A stretch of 64,000 bases of DNA from Flaccisagitta enflata (taxonomy: Eukaryota): the NCBI GenBank assembly GCA_965153355.1, contig OZ231126.1, positions 17,112,001-17,176,000 of the forward strand. Reading direction: 5' to 3'. Below are positions 13,498-27,551 of this stretch, one piece after another (the stretch's first letter is position 1; every line of letters begins with the position of its first letter). The notes beneath the pieces were generated by a model, which was given only the letters and a program-made list of their open reading frames with translations, made no database searches and was not told where the DNA came from. The position numbers and the translations under genes were made by a program.

Positions 13498-15296
13498 TAG
13501 GACAGGGGTTCTGACACAGATTTTGGCAGATCCTTCTTGTTAACGGCACTTTGGCTCAAAATCAATGTAGTATTAATGTTCTGCCTTCAAAAGTCGCATT
13601 GGGTATCAGGAAATTGTGACCGCCACCCCCCCACCCCCCCTCAGAAAGTGGTGACCTCTAAAGATTAAGCAATTCGCCTTCTTTTGCTAATAAATTCTAA
13701 ATGGATCATTCAAAAAGCCTGGTGATGGTCTCATTTGAAAGGTATTTACGTGGAGAACATGAAAGATTACTGATATGAAAGAGGGGTCCCAAGGGGGGCC
13801 CTTAAGGGGCCCCTAAAGTGATTGAAGGAGCCCCCAAAGCATCCAATACATGAAAATGTGCAATGATTTGTTAAAAAAACTAGGTAATGGTGTCATTTAA
13901 AACGTTTCTACCCATAGAATATGAAAAATTACTGATATGGAAGAGGGGGCTCCAAAGGGGCCCCTAAAGAACCCCAAAGAGGTTAAAGGGGCCCTTGAAG
14001 GATCTATAACCATGAAAATGTAGATTGGACTCTTTGATAAATCTGATTGTGGTGTTTTTGGAAGGTATCTACGTGGATAACATGAAATGTTTTTGACATG
14101 GATGATGGGGTCCCTAGGTGGCCGCTTAGGGCCCCCAAAGGGATTGAAGAGGACCCCAAAGGATCTAAAGTCTTGAAAATTTAAAATGAATTGTTCAAAA
14201 AATCTGGAAGTGGTCTCATTTAGAAGGTATTTACATAAAAAACATAAAATGTTACTGATATGGAAAATTTGGTTTCCAGGGGGCCCCTAAGGAGCCGCTA
14301 AGGAGTAAAAGAGGGCCCCAATGAATCCAAAATCATGAAAACCTTGAATTGTCTTAGTTTTCTCTAAAAGGCAGACCGAAATAAACAAACCTATACCTGT
14401 CTGTTTGTGTATTTCTGTCTGTCTTTTAGAGAAAACTATGACAATTCTAGATTTTCATGATTTTGGATTCATCGGGGCCTTCTTTTACTCCTTAGCGGCT
14501 CCTTAGGGGTCCCTCAGAAACCAAATTTTATATATCAGTAATCGTTTCATGTTTTTATGTAACACTTTCCAAAATGAGACCACTACCAGATTTTTTGAAC
14601 AATTCAGTTTAAATTTTCGAGACTTTAGATCCTTTGGGGTCCTCTTCAATCCCTTTGGGGGCCCTAAGCAGCCACCTAGGGACCCCATCATCCATGTCAA
14701 TAAAATTTCATGTTCTCCACAAAGATACCTTCCAAAAACACCACAATCAGATTTATCAAAGAGTCCAATCTACATTTTAATGGTTATAGATCCTTCAAGG
14801 GCCCCTTTAACATCTTTGGGGTTCTTTAGGGGCCCCTTTGGAGCCCCCTCTTCCATATCAGTAATTTTTCATATTCTATGGGTAGAGACGTTTTAAATGA
14901 CACCATTACCTAGTTTTTATAACAAATCATTGCACATTCTCATGTATTGGATGCTTTGGGGGGCCCTTCAATCACTTTAGGGGCCCCTTAAGGGTCCCCT
15001 TGGGACCCCTCTTCCATATCAGTAATCTTTCATGTTCTCCACGCTAATACCTTTCAAATGAGACCATCACCAGGCTTTTTGAATGATCCATTTAGAATTT
15101 ATTAGCAAAAGAAGGCGAATTGCTTAATCTTTAGAGGTCACCACCTTCTGAGGGGGGGGGGTGAGGGGTGGCGGTCACAATTTCCTGATACCCAATGCGA
15201 CTTTTGAAGGCAGAACATTAATACTACATTGATTTTGAGCCAAAGTGCCATTAACAAGAAGGATCTGCCAAAATTTGTGTCAGAACCCCTGTCCTA
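13498..15296. mobile_element. Foldback element copy 1: ~1.8-kb near-perfect palindrome
   Basis: Starts taggacaggggttctgacaca, ends tgtgtcagaacccctgtccta; arms are reverse-complementary over ~0.9 kb with the centre near 14390. Homologous to 42422-44918. Flanks match only 5/8, so no clear TSD. Confidence 0.92.
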
Positions 15297-15709
15297 GTGT
15301 TTGTCGACATGAAAAAAAAAAGAGTTACGGACAGGGGATAAGTGACACTACTTTTTGGACTCATGAATAAATTTGCATAGAACGGAGCCTGGACGCGAGT
15401 TTACCAGTTTCCGCACCTAGTCGTTGCCAATAAGGGAGTAGTACCCCCCTACCATAATTCCAAATTTCAAAGAATCACGTCCAATAAAGTTTTGAGAATT
15501 ATATATTACCAAAAAGGCATCGCAACACATTTCCTGAGTTATTTTGATGAATAAAAGAAAAATCTTTTCTATGAATTTGAACATCGATTAAAGATAGAAC
15601 TAAAATGCGTTATATCTAAATGGTATTACCACACTAAGTAATCTCAGTGATTCTATCAGACAAAAATATAAACGGCAGACGATTTTTATAAAGCCACAAT
15701 ATGCAAATG

Positions 15710-15815
<106 letters not shown>

Positions 15816-15872
15816 AGCTTTACATTTTCAATCTAGTTTTATGTATGAATCCCCCTCTCCCCCCCCCCCCAG

Positions 15873-16019
15873 GAGTCTTCCAGCGGCGGTGATGTTGAGT
15901 CGATCGTGACGTTGAGTTTCGCTCGTGACGTCGCCGCCGGAACGACTTTCGGCCCATTTCCGGTTCAAGTGGTCAAAGCCGACGCCGACGACGCCGCAGC
16001 TTCTGTCGAAAACGGAGGG
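15873..16019 (+). CDS. ush: Internal coding exon A of a FOG/U-shaped (ZFPM-like) gene; N-terminal part of PR(SET)-like domain
   Basis: Polypyrimidine tract + AG (15871-72), donor GTAAGG (16020). 147 nt, phase 0/0: ESSSGGDVESIVTLSFARDVAAGTTFGPFPVQVVKADADDAAASVENGG. ARDVAAGTTFGPF resembles the PR-domain G-x-x-F/W-G-P-F/Y motif. CpG-rich island in AT-rich DNA. Confidence 0.82.
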
Positions 16020-16041
16020 GTAAGGAGGCATCGATGAGTTT

Positions 16042-16697
16042 AACAGGTCGCCCAAGGGCAATATGAGGTCAGCGATACCCGTTGCCCTGCTTTGAGTGAT
16101 TGTGAATTGGAGTGAGGGGAAGCAGGGCAGCGGCCCCAAAGGGGACGAAATCCTGTAGAACACAGGGGGACTTTCGTTCATCCTACCTGAAGAAGTGGAT
16201 GAGATGCTATATAGGGCTGACTGAAGGCATTCAAGAGCCTAAACTGAGGGTCTAAGAAGGCTGATATAAGGCCTGAGAATGCCGATTGAGAGGGCTGACT
16301 TGAGGCTTGAGAGAGCTGGATTAAGGCTTGAAAGGCTAGAGGACTTATTTGAAGCCTGGGAGCAATAAATTGAGGTTTAGATGGCTGATTTGAGGCCTGA
16401 GAGGCCTAATTTGAGGCATGAGAGGCCAGGCTTGAGGCCTGAGAATTTGGAGGGGCCTGAGAAGTTGATTTGAGGCCTGAGAGGCCAGATTTGAGGACTG
16501 AGAGGCCAGATTTGAGGCTAGACGGAGGCCTGGGAGGCTGGATTTGAGACCTGAGAGGTTGGATTTGAGGCCTGAGAGGCCAGATTTGAGAGTTGAGGAG
16601 GCCCATGAAGGGGGGAGAACGGACAAACGAACGGACGGATGGACGAACGAAAGTCCCCTCGTGTTCTGTGACACTGTGTCCTCTCGGGGCCGCGGCC
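16042..16697 (-). mobile_element. HINE-like family D element
   Basis: aacaggtcgcccaaggg...gggcagcggccccaaagggg end, 21-bp tttgaggcctgagaggccaga array, GGAC-type repeats, decayed second subTIR at ~16650-16697. Confidence 0.7.
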
Positions 16698-17215
16698 TGC
16701 AAGGGTTCCTCTAAAGTATGCTGCTTTCCATTTTTGTTCTTTACATCGGAGTCGGTTTAAAAACATTTTCTTATTGCTTAAATTCTTGCCTAAATTCTTA
16801 CCTAAAATGCTTTCATGGCGCGGAGAGAAGTACTTTGAATGTAGCAATTAAATGGCGAAAAACAAAGATCACGCCATCGCCACCAATGCAAGAGAGTCTT
16901 TCCCACTTCCACTTTGTTTCATCTATGATCTTTGCCATATGTTTTTGTATGCGTTCGAATTCTCATTTCTTGTCTCTATCTTCCACTCCTAGTCTTTTTC
17001 ATCTTAGTCATATGTTTTTGTCCTGGTCTCTATCTTCCTCGTAAAAGAATAAAGAGAAAAAGAAACTTTGTCTTTGTCTTTGTCTTTGTCTTTGTCTTTG
17101 TTTTGATCGCTCGTGTTTTCTTTAGCTCCCACTTTTTGCGATGGTTGCTGAGTTTGCAACCCTGATAAAGAAAGAATAATGATTCAGAGAGAAGGGCAGT
17201 CTTTTCAGTGTTAGT

Positions 17216-18040
<825 letters not shown>

Positions 18041-18811
18041 GGCAAAAAAATCATCATTCTTTTAACCAAAAACACATGATTCACCTGATAGTACACACGC
18101 ATCCCAGGCTGGCCTGGATTAACCAATAGGCTAAAAAGGCTTAGCCTTAGGCCTCGCGCTTCAGGGGGCCTCGCGCTTTGAGGGGAAAAGGGAGGAGAAA
18201 AAGAGAGGAGAAAAAAAAGGAAGAAAAAAAAAGAAGAAAAGGATGAAGAAGAAAAAGAAAAAGAAAAAGAAAAAGAAAAAGAAAAAGAAAAAGAAAAAGA
18301 AAAAGAAAAAGAAAAAAAGGGTTATGAATAAAAGCTGATGAAAGAAATCAAAGAGGAAGATGTGCAGTTACAAATATTAGTAAAATGGCGTGTAGTATTT
18401 TTGAATCTTAAAAAAAACTAAAAAAAGATTGATGAGTTTTTAGTGGTTTCAGACTGTAGTGGGAGTGGGTAGTGGGTAGTGGGTGGGATAGCTACTTGTA
18501 TTCCCACTACAGCGGAAGCGGAAGCAGAAGCAGAAGCAGAGGAAGCAGCGTGAAAATTGACCACTTCCACATCCCTAGTTGACCTGAAAGTTCATTGATT
18601 TAAATATCAATATGCAAAAACTTCATTGCAAGAAAAAGTAATTTCAGATTGAGCAAAAAAAAAAAACAGTTTTTTTCATAATTTTTTTTGGATCTAAAAA
18701 AATACTATTTTACCATGGATGAAGGAGGGATATCAACTTTATTACGATGTCATTTTTAAACCAAAAGAATCATGACTTTCTCCCCGGTCATTGTTTCAAA
18801 TAGTCACTGAT

Positions 18812-19071
18812 TTTAGAGGTTGGATTTGAGGCCTGAGAGGCTGGTTTTAGGAGGTTGGATTTGAGGCCAAATTTAAGGTCTGAGAGGCCAGATTTGGGGT
18901 CTGAGGGGCCAGATTTGAGGTCTCAGAGGCCAGATTTGAAAGTCCCCCGGTGTTCTACAGGTCTTCGTCCCCTTCCGGGCCGCTGCCCTGCTTCCCCTCA
19001 CTTTAATTCACAATCACTCAAGGCAGGGCAACGGGTATTGCTGACCACATATTGCCCTTGGGCGACCTGTT
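18812..19071 (+). mobile_element. Partial HINE-like family D element
   Basis: 21-bp array followed by a sequence close to the reverse complement of 16042-16175. Confidence 0.65.
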
Positions 19072-19370
19072 GGTCACTTGCTGAGCAACTCTATAAGAGA
19101 ATGAGTCTTTAGCTGGTCTGTCTGTCTAACTGTCTGTCTGGAATGCAAAACTTAAGATGACGTGAATTTGGCTGGAAAAGCTATTCCTGAACATTAGTGC
19201 CCCTGCCCTGACACAATACAGCCCCAGCTCACTCACATATTGCCCTGCCCACCTACTTCACTGCCCCTGCCTACCCACAAATGACTACTTATTGGCCATG
19301 TAGGCCTTGTTAAAATTGTAGCTGTCTTTTTCAGGGGCCTCGCGGCAACAGTAGCCTCGGGCCTTGCGCA

Positions 19371-20560
<1,190 letters not shown>

Positions 20561-22211
20561 CTTGCGCATGGTTGATCCGGGCCAGATCTCAGGAACAAAC
20601 CCTTGGTGGAAAAAAAAGGCCAAGTGCTGTGAACCCCCTAGGCATGTTGTACATTGTATTAAGTACAATTAGAGTCAAATATAAAAAAAATTGGCTTGGA
20701 TATTTAGCATTTGTAGCTTACTAACAGAAAAAATAAATTATTTTTAAGTATCTTTAACCATTTTTAAGTATTTATCAAGCTACAAATTGTAGTTTTCCCT
20801 TTTAAAACTTTGAAAAATAGTTAAATAGTGTCACACTTGATCTTTTTGGCTGTTTCGGCGAAGTAGTTTTTTAAGCGCAAAGTAATCCAATGACGGAAAG
20901 GTTATGATTTTCTGTTTTACCTAAGTCTTTTTAACTTCGGTTAATGAAAAATTTAGGTAGATTTCCTTTGCTAGATTTCTTTCAGCCTCTTATTCAACTT
21001 CGTGGATAAGTCGAGTGTGGTGTGGTAATAGCTGATGTAATAATATCATTACCCTTTTCAACTAGTTCAGAGGGATCTATTACAAATTGAAGCAAAAAAA
21101 GCGGTAAAAAACAATAAATACAGGTTTTTTTAGTATTTTTTATATTCTGTCTGTTTTATCTAGTTGTCAGAGATTGAAACATAAGTATTTTTACTGGTAT
21201 CATACTTTTTTATGGGTTTTTTGATTTTTTAGAAATAACATTTGTAATTTCTTGCTAAAAAAAACTTTTTTTGGCTTTTTTTAGCCTTTTTTTTGTGCTA
21301 ATTGGGTTGATATCCCTAAAAACTAGTGTTATATTGTAAAATCATCTATTCAGCAATATTAGCCATTCTGCACAGTAGTTTTCTGAAGTTTCTGAAAGTG
21401 TAACTGCCATATTTAGCATAAACCATACTTAAAAATGCATTATTTTAGCTATTATCAAGCTACAAATGCTATATTTCCAAGCAATTTTTAAAAAATTTTG
21501 GTTTTAATTGTACCTTATACATTGAACAACATGCCTGGGGGGGCCAAAATACTTGGCCTTTTTTCCACCTAGGGTTTGTTCCTGGGATGCGTGTACATGT
21601 CACATGACATTTTTCTTTTAAAAATGACTAATTTTTTAAATTTTATAAATTGATATTGAAAATTTATATTAATAGATATTAGAAATTGTCTGATCATAAT
21701 GAAAATTGACATGCAGGTGGTTTGGTGCTCCATTTAACAACCATGAAAATTTCATCACTTTTCTTCAATAGGAAGTGCCCCATTTAAAACTCTAAACAAG
21801 AAATGTCCCTTTTTTCACATTTCTGTTGGATCTGACGTAGGTGCACCCTAAATAACAAATTTGCATAGAAATTAAAAATTGGAATAACCAAAAACATCAG
21901 ACGCTAGTAAATTATATTATTTTGGGTTCGATGTTTTTAAAAATGCAAATTATTCATCCATGTTCAAGATTTGTTATTCAGGGGATGAAAAATATTTTTT
22001 TCCAAAATTTAAAATTTCACAATTTGGAATAGAAAAACTAAAAAAATTGATACTCAAAATTATGCAATTGTTACCAAATTTATGATACAAAAGGTATAGT
22101 GCTTCCTCTGACTACTATTAAAATTTCATGACTTTACTCCAATGGGAAGTACCCGAAATGAATTTAAAAAAGAAATATCTTTTTTTTTCAAAATCTAATT
22201 GTCAGCTGACA

Positions 22212-22446
22212 TTTTTAGTTGCGGACACGCAACTCTATAAGAGGCTTTGTCCGTCCGTCGGTCCGTCGGTTCGTCAGTCCGTTGGTCCGTTGGTCCGTCT
22301 GTCATGGTGATCGGGTTGAAAAGGGGAAATGAGCGTTTTCGTTACTTTTTGTGTATGTTTTAGAGTTTGGGGTGGGTTGGGTGTGGATTGAGTTGGATGC
22401 CCCTGCCCACCCGTCCGCAACTGATGGCCGTGTATCCGGCCTTGTT
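22212..22446 (+). mobile_element. HINE-like family B element
   Basis: tttttagttgcggacacgcaact 5' hairpin, GTCC/GTCG microsatellite, subTIR gtccgcaact, 3' ggccgtgtatccggcc stem + ttgtt. Relatives at 40508-40674 (+) and 28012-28180 (-). Confidence 0.75.
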
Positions 22447-23009
22447 TAAAAGGATTCTGCTAAAGACATCCAAAATGCTAAAAATGATGCTTAGAAACAA
22501 CATTAGTTTTAGTAAAGTAGGCCAAGTAGGCCAATAAGGTGGATCGTCGAACGAATGCGTTAACCGACCGACAGACCAACCAACCGACCAACGGACACAG
22601 CCAGTTATAGAGGTTCTTTGTCGGACCTAAAAACATTGCCCATCTCTGTTTCGCAATCCCTATCTAAACGAGGCCGGATACATATACACGGCTACATCAG
22701 TCGCGTGCGGTTGGGCAGGGGCTGGGCCAGAACAACCTATAGGCACAATAGGCACTGCCTAGGGCCCCACGCCCAAGGGGGGCCCCGCGCCTCAGGGGGG
22801 AAAGGAGAAAAAGAGGGAGAAAGAAAGGAAAAAAAGGCAAAGGGAAAGAGGAAGAAAGAGGGGAAGAAAGAGGGGAAGAAAAGGGGGAAGAAAAAGGGGA
22901 AGAAAAAAAAAAGAAAAAGAAAAAGAAAAAGAAAAAGAAGAAAGGAAAAGAAGAAAGGAAAAGGAAAAAGGAAACAGAGGAAAGGAATGAGAGTTTTTTT
23001 CTCTCCCTC

Positions 23010-23207
23010 ATGGTAACTAATTGTAGTGGTGAAAGGTCCTTCTCAAAATTAAAACGTGTAAAAAATGAGCAACAAACTTCTCTTGGCCAAGACAAACTTA
23101 ATCACCTAACTCTACTGAGTATTGAGCATGAGTTGTTAGACGAGATGGTGGTGAAAGATATCATAAAGAAATTTGCTTCGCAAAACGCTAGAAAACGACC
23201 AATGTAA
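23010..23207 (+). pseudogene. hAT transposase C-terminal dimerisation (hATC) remnant
   Basis: VTNCSGERSFSKLKRVKN...SLGQDKLNHLTLLSIEHE...IIKKFA matches the ERSFSxLK..KxxLRS motif of hAT (ZMYM1/Tip100-like) transposases; upstream coding sequence is absent. Confidence 0.88.
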
Positions 23208-24591
23208 ACTGAAGAGCCACGCAACCAGTTGCTCTCAAAATGAGTTTTTCTTACCTGTTCAATAAATCTTGTATGTATGTTTAGTGATAAATTTTTGGCT
23301 TACGGCTTCAAAATGTTGTGTATTCAACAAAGAATAGACATGTTTTACTAAGAGACTCATGCATCATTTTTCTCTAGATTGAGAACTGAACTGCCTGAAA
23401 GATTTTCAGTACCATGGCTGTCTCAATCATTGGAGTCCTTGCTAAGCTCAACATTACTTTTAGCATTTGAAAACAAGAAGTACTTTTTATGTCTTTTTTG
23501 TCTAGCATGGAGTTATCACACCATACACTGATGCATCAATTTAATCCGCTGTGCTTGTCTACACCTATTATCATAGTAGGCATACATATTTTGCATATTC
23601 ATGACATGATCAAAAGTTGCTTGTGCACGCTATTTGCTTGTGCAATGGTCTTTTCTGATGCTTTTGCATTGATATCGTTCATGCTAATGAACAGGCTTTA
23701 GCATTATTCTTATACAAAAAAATCCTTTAATTCCAAGGTGCTTAAGCTTATGCTTGAGCTCTGTTGATCAAAATGGTCCATGATATCCATTCAATGGATT
23801 CCTAATAACATGGCTGTCTTAATCATTGGAGTTTCAGGTTAAGCAGTACAACTCTGAACCTTGAATAAGAAAATATCTTATGAGTGGCTTTTTATTCCTC
23901 TGGGCCATTTGCTTGTGCAGTGGTCAAATTAATTATGCTTTCCTACTGAGCTTGAACAGGATCAAAAGTTGCTTATATGCACGCCATTTGCTTGTGCAAT
24001 GGTCTTTTCTGATGCTTTTGCATTGATATCATTTATGCTAATGAATAAGCTTCAGCATTATTCGTTTATAGAAAGCCTTAGATTTCAAGGTGCTTAAGCT
24101 TATGCTTGAGCTCTGTTGATTAAAATGGTCCATGATATCCATTCAGTGGATTCCTAGTAACATGGCTGTCTTAATCATTGGAGTTTAAGGTTAAGCACTA
24201 CAACACTGAACCTTGAATAAGGAAATATTTTATGAGTGGCTTTTTATTCCTCTGGACCATTTGCTTGTGCAGTGGTCAAATTCATTATGCTTTCATACTG
24301 AGCTTGAACAGGATCAAAAGTTGCTTATATGCACGCCATTTGCTTGTGCAATGGTCTTTTCTGATGCTTTTGCATTGATATCATTTATGCTAATGAATAA
24401 GCTTCAGCATTATTCGTTTATAGAAAGCCTTAGATTTCAAGGTGCTTAAACTTATGCATGAGCTCTGTTGATTTGGATGGTCCATGATATCCATTCAATG
24501 GATTCCTAGTTACAAGGCTGTCTTAATCAATGGAGTTTCAGGTTAAGCACTACGACACTGAACCTTGAATAAAAAATATTTTTTGAGTGGC

Positions 24592-24989
24592 TTTTTAGTC
24601 GCGTGCACGCGACTCTACACCCCGCTTTGTCGGTCCGTCTGTCGGTCCGTCCGTCGGTCGGTCCGTCTGTCCGTCGGTCGGTCCGTCCGTCCGTCCGTCC
24701 GTCACACTTTACTTTTTTTGTAAAAAAGCGTCAACTCTTAGGTCATTTTAAGTCTTTTTTAGTCATTAATAGTTAATCTAAGTCATTTTGAGTCATTCTA
24801 AGTCATTTTAAGTTATTTAAAGTCATTTTAAGTTATTTTAAGTCATTTTTGGTCCTTAGGTTTTTTAGACATTTTAAGTCCTTTTTGGACATTTTAAGTC
24901 ATTCTAAGTCATTCTAAGTCATTTTAAGTCATTCTAAGTCCTTCTTACCCTGTAAATCTCGCACGTGACTTATAGGTGTTGGCCTTGTT
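24592..24989 (+). mobile_element. HINE-like family A element with 10-bp aagtcatttt array
   Basis: agtcgcgtgcacgcgact hairpin, (GTCC)n, array, end gcacgtgacttataggtgttggccttgtt. Relative at 58688-58918. Inserted in a T-run with no TSD when compared with intact 352-bp units. Confidence 0.8.
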
Positions 24990-25055
24990 ATTTCTCTGGA
25001 CTACTTTCTTGGGCTAATTAATAGTGCTTTCATACTGAGCTTGAACAGGATCATA

Positions 25056-25469
25056 CACTTTTTTTTTTATAAGAGACTTGAGCCTGAGATTTGTCAAAAT
25101 TTTAAGAACAAAATAAGAAACAGCCCAAGCTGAGATTTAGTCTTGGCCGTTTTCAAAAGAACTTTTTCTTTTTAGTTTTTTATTTAAAACTTGAATTGTA
25201 TTCAAATTTTTCAGAAATATAAGTTTTTTATCATTAAAAATGACTTCTTTTTCTAGTTTGCCTATGAAATCAGGCATCTAAAAAAAAAACATGATGATTA
25301 TCAAGTTTAAGATACAATTGTTATAAATAAGGTATTTTTATACGATTTATATATTTGTAAACATCAAAAAATCAAGAACACCTTAAGAGAATTTCAGGCT
25401 TAAAATGGCTGAAAAATTAAGAACACCCAGGCTGATTTCAAAAAAGTTGTCTCTTATAAAAAAAAAGTG
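25056..25469. mobile_element. TA-target MITE (cacttttt..ataag family)
   Basis: TIRs cactttttttttttataagagac / gtctcttataaaaaaaaagtg, TA on both sides. Confidence 0.75.
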
Positions 25470-25995
25470 TAAGTTGCTTATGTCCATTTCCTTGTGCAAT
25501 GGTCTCATTATAATGTTTTTGCATTGCGTGTTAGAATTCTTGATCAAACAGCTATGGCTTTATCTTAATTACAAAAAGCAAAACAGATATTTTGCCTGAA
25601 TCATATGTTTGCTTCAACCTTGCAACATGTTGCATATAGTGGGGGCCCCGCTACCTTAAGTGCCTAGGGCCCCGCACACGGTTGTTCCGGCCCAGGGCAG
25701 GGGCAGTGATAGAAAAGATCACTAGGGCATTTGAGCAAAATGCAGGAGCAGTGAGTTGACTGAGTTCAAAAAGCTTAAAAACGCCGAAAAAGTAAAAAGG
25801 GGATTGACCAACCAACCAACCGACCGACTGACATAGCGGGGTGAAGAATCGCGTAGCACGCGACAAAAACAGGCTCTCATCTTTAAGTTAATTTGGGTTT
25901 GAGTAGAGACGTTGTCCAACATTCATTAACGTTTTCGAGACAGACTCTTACAAAGTTTCTCAAGGCTTTTCCCTCGATGTTCTTTCTTTTCTCAG

Positions 25996-26122
25996 CTTCG
26001 GAACACCGAGAACGAGCTCGTGATCTTATTGGTTGCGCACCCTGCAGGACAATGGTTGCAACTACTTCAATCTCCCGAGCACCATGAGCAAAAGAACGTC
26101 GAAATTCTGTACTTGCCACATG
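25996..26122 (+). CDS. ush: Coding exon B; middle of PR-like domain
   Basis: tctttcttttctcag acceptor, G|GTAAGA donor. 127 nt, phase 0/1; the only stop-free frame is LRNTENELVILLVAHPAGQWLQLLQSPEHHEQKNVEILYLPH, resembling the PR-domain W-hydrophobic...E-Q-N-L segment. Phase matches exons A and C. Confidence 0.82.
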
Positions 26123-26135
26123 GTAAGAAATTTTA

Positions 26136-27536
26136 CACTCTTTTTATTGAGTAAGGACAAAGTTTATAAGGGCAACGAGGCTGAAATTTTGCCAAAAATT
26201 AAGGACATTTTAAGGACAAAGCCCAGCCTCAGATTTATAAAAAAAATTTTTTGATTGACAATTTAAATTGTTTTTACACAAATTTAAGAGGAAATTATCT
26301 TATCTATAGAAAATTGCAACATTTTTTGTTTAACACAGTATGTTTCATCTCGACTGGAACGAAAAACGACAGCGTCATTCGAAAACGAAAAAAAATAATC
26401 AAATTCTGAAAAATGTTCCTGAAACTGCATGTTTTGGCATTTGTTCATGCCAAGTTTCAACCTTCCATGTCAATTATGTAAGCTTCTATCTAAATTTGAA
26501 GCGAGACTATCACTTTTCTCTTGCTTCTTTTTTCCTTTTGAATTTCAGGCAATCATCTTTGACATGTTTGCCAGTGTTTAACATCCAAGCAATGAGAAAA
26601 ACATAGCAAAATCTATGATCATTTCGAAGCTCTGTGAAAGATCTTTCAAATGAGCCCATGCTGGTTGTCCTGGCTTCATTCGTTTAGAAATGGCATTAAG
26701 ATGAAGACAGGTTGTCAGGATATTGAAAACTCATCAGAGGATTTTCATGTTTTTACATGTCATTTTGTAGAGATCAAAGGTATTGAGTTAAATACTTGTT
26801 CTCAACGGCATATTAAAGAAAGTTTGAAGCAGTTTAATTTGCTCATGGATGTCAAGTAGCTTTGAAAACCTTGTGTTGCATCATGAAGAAATATGTAACG
26901 ATCAAACTTGTGCATTGAAAAAACAAACAAATTTGCACTTTTTTCAATCTGCAATATTTTGCTTCAAACCCATGCCATTTCTAAACAAAAAAAGCTACAG
27001 CAACCAGCAACGTCGCATTTGGAAGATTTTTCTCAGAGCTTCCAATTGGTCATGAATTTTCTGTAGATCAGGCCCATGTGAAAACAGAAACTAGGAAGAC
27101 AAGTTTTTTTTTTTTTTGGCCTTGGTTGAGAGGAAATGAAATTATAGGATCCATTCAAATTTAGATAGAGGCTTCACTGACAGACATGGAAGGCTGAAAC
27201 TTGGCATGAACATATGCCAAAACATGCAGTTTCAGAAACTTTTTTTCAGAATTTCATTGACTTTTTTCATTTTCAAATGACGCTGTCATCTTTCGTTCCA
27301 GTTGAGATGAAACATACTGTAACATATTTCTTTGTTTCAAAGTAGTAACTATCATATTCAACTTGTATTTACTCATACTGAACATAAGTTATTTCAATGA
27401 GTATAATATAATTGTAAGAAAATCATAGAAAAATATTAAGGACACGCTAAGAACATTTCAGCCTGAAATTTGCAAAGATTTAAGGACAATCCAGGCTCAG
27501 AAGAATTTAGCTGGTCCTTAAAAACTGAAAAAAGTG
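26136..27536. mobile_element. TA-target MITE of the same family, with a nested long-TIR element at 26336-27319
   Basis: Outer cactctttt..aaggac / gtcctt..aaaaagtg. Inner TIRs cagtatgtttcatctc.actggaacgaaa extending >100 bp, flanked by taaca on both sides. Confidence 0.7.
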
Positions 27537-27551
27537 TAAATGAAGATACAC

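Larger units (their letters stand above)
23610..25530. repeat. 352-bp tandem repeat inside the hAT element; last copy interrupted
   Basis: gcttaagcttatgcttgagctctgttgat-like anchor at 23740, 24092, 24444. Confidence 0.88.
22722..25695 (+). mobile_element. Internally deleted hAT transposon inserted in a minus-strand HINE-like element (22667-25869)
   Basis: TIRs ctgggccagaacaacc / ggttgttccggcccag; perfect 8-bp TSD ggcagggg (22714-21, 25696-703); contains a transposase remnant. Confidence 0.88.

Noticed and set aside
14503-14896. ORFs inside the foldback arms
   Set aside because: No transposase motifs; short chance ORFs in a non-coding palindrome.
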